From an uncultured Gemmatimonadales bacterium (GTDB taxonomy: Bacteria; Gemmatimonadota; Gemmatimonadetes; Longimicrobiales; RSA9), in assembly GCA_963741945.1 (NCBI GenBank), contig CAVUKA010000005.1:480001-544000 (forward strand): 64,000 bases of DNA, given 5' to 3'. Every line of letters starts with the position of its first letter. The first letter of the stretch is position 1. The translations under genes and the position numbers were made by a program. The notes under the pieces are model-generated. The model searched no databases. It was not told where the DNA came from and worked only from the letters and a program-made list of their open reading frames with translations. This document shows, in pieces, positions 60,606 to 64,000 of this stretch.

Positions 60606-61094
60606 ATGCCAGACCCCGACATCTCCGTTCTCTTCGTATGCCTCGGCAACATCTGCCGCTCCCCGCTCGCCGAGGCACTGTTCCGCGACGCCGTGACCGA
60701 AGCCGGGCTCCAGGACCGCTTCCGGGTCGATTCCGCCGGCACGTCCGGGTACCACGACGGCGAGCCGCCGGACCGGCGCACCACGGCGGTGGCGGCGGCG
60801 AGAGGCGTGACCGTCCGCGGAGTCAGCCGCCGCGTCACGGAGCGCGACCTGGCCTCCTTCGACTACATCATCGCCATGGACGCCGACAACCGCCGGGAAG
60901 TGGAAGCGCTCCGCGGACGCTCCCGCCAGCCGCAGGTGCGCCTGCTCCGCGAGTTCGACCCGCGGGCGGACGGAGACCTCGATGTCCCGGACCCCTATTT
61001 CGGAGGCCCCCGGGGGTTCGAGGACGTCCACGACATGGTGGATCGCTCCGCTCGAGCCCTGCTGCGGCACATCCGCCAGGAACGGCGGCTGTGA
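60606..61094 (+). CDS. low-molecular-weight protein-tyrosine phosphatase
   Basis: VCLGNICRSP, DSAGT, DVPDPYFGG. Confidence 0.95.
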   Translation: MPDPDISVLFVCLGNICRSPLAEALFRDAVTEAGLQDRFRVDSAGTSGYHDGEPPDRRTTAVAAARGVTVRGVSRRVTERDLASFDYIIAMDADNRREVEALRGRSRQPQVRLLREFDPRADGDLDVPDPYFGGPRGFEDVHDMVDRSARALLRHIRQERRL

Positions 61095-62008
61095 GCGCCC
61101 TCGCCCTCCCGCCGGCGGTTCGCGCCGCCGTCGAGGCCGCGCTCCGGGAGCGGAGCCCGGGCAGCCCCGACGACGGCGACATCGCCGACGCCTCGCCTGT
61201 GGCCGGCGGCTGCATCAGCCCCACGGCCCGACTCCGCACCCGTGCCGGGCGGCCGCTCTTCCTGAAGTGGCACGACGGCCGCCTCCCCGCGGGGATGCTG
61301 GAGGCGGAAGCGCGCGGGCTCCGGGCCCTGCGTTCGGCCGGCGACGTACGGGTGCCGGGCGTCGTGGCCCTCGGGCGCTCCCCCGAGTGGCTGCTGCTGG
61401 AATGGCTCGAGCCGGGGGCCGCCACACCCGGTTCCTGGAGCCGTCTCGGCCGGGAGCTCGCCGCCCTGCACCGCACCCGCGCCGACCGGTTCGGCGCCGA
61501 CCACGACAACTTCATCGGCTCGCTCCCGCAGGAGAACGCGTGGCTCGATGCGTGGCCCGAGTTCTGGCAGCGGCGACGGCTCGAGCCGCAGCTGCGGCGG
61601 GCGGTCGACGCCGGCCTCCTCGGCGCCGCCGACCGGCGACGCTTCGACGCCCTGTTCGTCGCCCTCGAAGACATCCTCGGACCGGCGGCCGATGCGGACG
61701 GGGCCTCCCTCGTCCACGGCGACCTGTGGAGCGGCAACGTGCATGTGCTCGGCGACGGCACGCCCGCCATCATCGACCCCGCGGCCTACCACGGACACCG
61801 CGAGGTGGACCTGGCCATGGCCGCCCTCTTCGGCGGGTTCGGACCCGGCTTCCGCACCGCGTACGAGGAGGCCTGGCCGCTGCAGCCGGGGTTCGAGCCC
61901 GCGCGCCGTTCGATCTATCAGCTCTACTTCCTCCTCGTCCACGTGAACCTGTTCGGCGCCGGGTACGTAGGGGGGACGCGCAGGGCGCTGGAGGCGGCGG
62001 GCTTCTGA
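61091..62008 (+). CDS. fructosamine/ketosamine-3-kinase family protein
   Basis: GGCI, EARGL, DNFIG..PQ.N, LVHGDLWSGN, DPA.Y.GHREVDLAM..LFGGF, H.NLFG..Y, GTGA overlap. Confidence 0.94.
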   Translation: MSALALPPAVRAAVEAALRERSPGSPDDGDIADASPVAGGCISPTARLRTRAGRPLFLKWHDGRLPAGMLEAEARGLRALRSAGDVRVPGVVALGRSPEWLLLEWLEPGAATPGSWSRLGRELAALHRTRADRFGADHDNFIGSLPQENAWLDAWPEFWQRRRLEPQLRRAVDAGLLGAADRRRFDALFVALEDILGPAADADGASLVHGDLWSGNVHVLGDGTPAIIDPAAYHGHREVDLAMAALFGGFGPGFRTAYEEAWPLQPGFEPARRSIYQLYFLLVHVNLFGAGYVGGTRRALEAAGF

Positions 62009-62100
62009 CGGGACTCCCCGAGCGCCGGATCCTCATCCATATTCCACCGTTCACGGCGCGGGCGCCGGGACTCCGGGGAGCACCAGCGGAAGGGGAAGTC

Positions 62101-63522
62101 ATGGGTTCAGGTCGGGCGGGGCGGGCGTGGACGGAGCGAGGGACGGCGATGGTCCTCCTGTCGCTCCTGCTGGCGGCAGGGTGCGGCGGACGGGCGGGGC
62201 CGACGCCGGCCGCCCCCGAGCCCGCCGAGAGCCCCGAGCCGGTCACACGGGAGATGGCGCTGGCGGTCTTCGACTCGGCGTGGAGCCGCGTGCTCCATAC
62301 CTATTACGACACCACGTTCCACGGCCTGGACTGGCGGGCGATCGGAGACGAGTACCGCCCGGCGGCCGCGACTGCGGGGACGGCCGACTCCCTCCGAGCT
62401 GTGATCCAGCGGATGGTCGAGCGGCTGGGCGACAGCCACTTCCTCGTCATCCCCGCCGCGGCGGCAGACGCGCTGAATCCGGACTCGGCCGCCGGGAAGC
62501 GCGGGAACCCGGGCGATGTGGGGCTGGAGACGCGTGTAGTGGATGGCCGTGTGATCACCTGGCGGGTGGACCCCGGGATGCCGGGGGCCGAGGCCGGGGT
62601 CCGGCCCGGGTGGGTGGTGCAGGAGATCGACTCCGTGCCTGCGTCCAGGCTCCTGTCCTTCCTCGAGCCGCTGTCGGAGCAGCGCCGGCTCGCCGAGGCG
62701 AGGGTCGCGGTCGCCGCGGACGCTCGCCTGGCCGGTCGCGTGGGCGACACCGTCGTCGTCCGGCTGACGGACGGAAGCGGGAAGCAGAGGACCGTGGCCC
62801 TGGTGCCCCGCCCGCTGCGTGGGACGCCGGTGCGTTTCGGCAACCTCCCCACCATGTTCGCCTCCCTGGAGGCGGCGCCCATGCCCGCGGGCGATGGCTG
62901 CGCGGGGGTGATCCGATTCAGCGTCTGGATGACCGCCATCCTCCCCGCCTTCGATGATGCCGTGCAGTCGCTGCGTCACTGCCGGGGGTTCGTGCTGGAC
63001 CTGCGCGGCAACCCGGGCGGTGTCGCCGGAATGGTCATGGGCGTGTCGGGGTACTTCATGGACGAGCAGAAGGAGCTCGGGGTGATGACCACGCGCCAGG
63101 GACAGATGCACATCCGGTCCATGCCGCGCACGGTGACCCGGGAGGGAGCGGCCATGCGGCCCTTTGCCGGCCCGCTGGCGCTGCTGGTGGACGGCGAGAC
63201 CATGTCCACCAGCGAGATCTTCGCCGCCGGGCTGCAGGAGGTGGGCCGGGCGAGGGTGTTCGGGGACACGACGGGGGGGCAGGCGCTGCCCGCGGTGCTG
63301 GTCCGGCTGCCGAACCGCGACCTGCTGATGCACCCGATCGCCAACCTGGTCGGCCCGGACGGGAAGCGGGTGGAAGGGCGCGGCGTGATCCCGGACGTGG
63401 TCACACCGCTGACACGGAAGGACCTGCTGGCAGGGAAGGACGCGGCGCTGGACGCAGCGCTGCGCTGGATCGAGGACACAGGCACCACAGAGGCGAGCGC
63501 GCAGGCGCCCGCCCACCCATGA
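62101..63522 (+). CDS. S41 family tail-specific peptidase (PDZ-containing lipoprotein)
   Basis: DSH, PDZ-like region, LDLRGNPGG, S.SEIFAAGLQ, EGRGVIPD, lipobox AAGC. Confidence 0.9.
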   Translation: MGSGRAGRAWTERGTAMVLLSLLLAAGCGGRAGPTPAAPEPAESPEPVTREMALAVFDSAWSRVLHTYYDTTFHGLDWRAIGDEYRPAAATAGTADSLRAVIQRMVERLGDSHFLVIPAAAADALNPDSAAGKRGNPGDVGLETRVVDGRVITWRVDPGMPGAEAGVRPGWVVQEIDSVPASRLLSFLEPLSEQRRLAEARVAVAADARLAGRVGDTVVVRLTDGSGKQRTVALVPRPLRGTPVRFGNLPTMFASLEAAPMPAGDGCAGVIRFSVWMTAILPAFDDAVQSLRHCRGFVLDLRGNPGGVAGMVMGVSGYFMDEQKELGVMTTRQGQMHIRSMPRTVTREGAAMRPFAGPLALLVDGETMSTSEIFAAGLQEVGRARVFGDTTGGQALPAVLVRLPNRDLLMHPIANLVGPDGKRVEGRGVIPDVVTPLTRKDLLAGKDAALDAALRWIEDTGTTEASAQAPAHP

Positions 63523-63543
63523 ACAGATGAATAGGGGAGTTCG

Positions 63544-64000
63544 ATGATGAAGATTCCTGCACCGCGCCGCTTCCTGGCTGCGCTCACGCTCATCGCGGCC
63601 GCCCCGGTGGCCGTGGCCGCGCAGGCGGACCTCCCGCCGGCTTCGCAGCTGATCGACCGGTACGTCGAGGCGGTCGGGGGCCGGGACGCCATCATGTCGC
63701 TGCCGGACAGCCGGACCGTCGGCACGTTCGCCATGCCGTCCATGGGGATCCAGGGCTCGCTGGAAGTGTTCGCCGCCAGGAATCCGACGCGGCTGCTGAG
63801 CGTGGTCGACATCCCCGGCCTCGGCGTGGTCCGCAACGGCTACACGGGTGAGGTCGGCTGGTCCCTGGACCCGAACATGGGTCCGCGTCTGCTCGATGGG
63901 AAGGAACTGGCGTCGATGGTGGAAGGGGCTTCGGATGCCGGCTCGCTCCGGGACGCTTCCATGTTCACCACCCGCGAGACGGTGGAGAAGACGGAAATGA
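63544..64000 (+). CDS. exported LolA-like protein, truncated at the window end
   Basis: GGGGAG RBS, signal peptide, IDRYVEAVGG..., GY.G.VGW..DP..GPRLL. Confidence 0.7.
   Translation, partial: MMKIPAPRRFLAALTLIAAAPVAVAAQADLPPASQLIDRYVEAVGGRDAIMSLPDSRTVGTFAMPSMGIQGSLEVFAARNPTRLLSVVDIPGLGVVRNGYTGEVGWSLDPNMGPRLLDGKELASMVEGASDAGSLRDASMFTTRETVEKTEM

Overview
A 64-kb, very GC-rich, gene-dense bacterial window with about 55 credible CDS. I found no tRNA, rRNA, CRISPR array or transposase. Gene content and protein style suggest Gemmatimonadota or a related FCB lineage (inference only). Housekeeping genes are lon, mutY, hup, infC (ATA start), a class A PBP, yggX, mscS, AsmA and a POT transporter. The unusual parts are: (1) an octaheme HAO-fold cytochrome c coupled to an internally duplicated four-His membrane protein, divergent from an alginate-export-type porin; (2) a divergent Paa-like di-iron oxygenase cluster with split PaaD and no reductase or CoA ligase; (3) an aspartase with an N-terminal cNMP-binding domain; (4) a DEAD-box/DbpA protein whose ATPase motifs are all degenerate; (5) strong enrichment of the Bacteroidota O-glycosylation sequon D-(S/T)-(A/I/L/V/M/T) in exported proteins; (6) a 15-bp tandem repeat in which one substitution creates the stop codons of two convergent genes. 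All calls come from motif recognition by eye, and no database searches were run.
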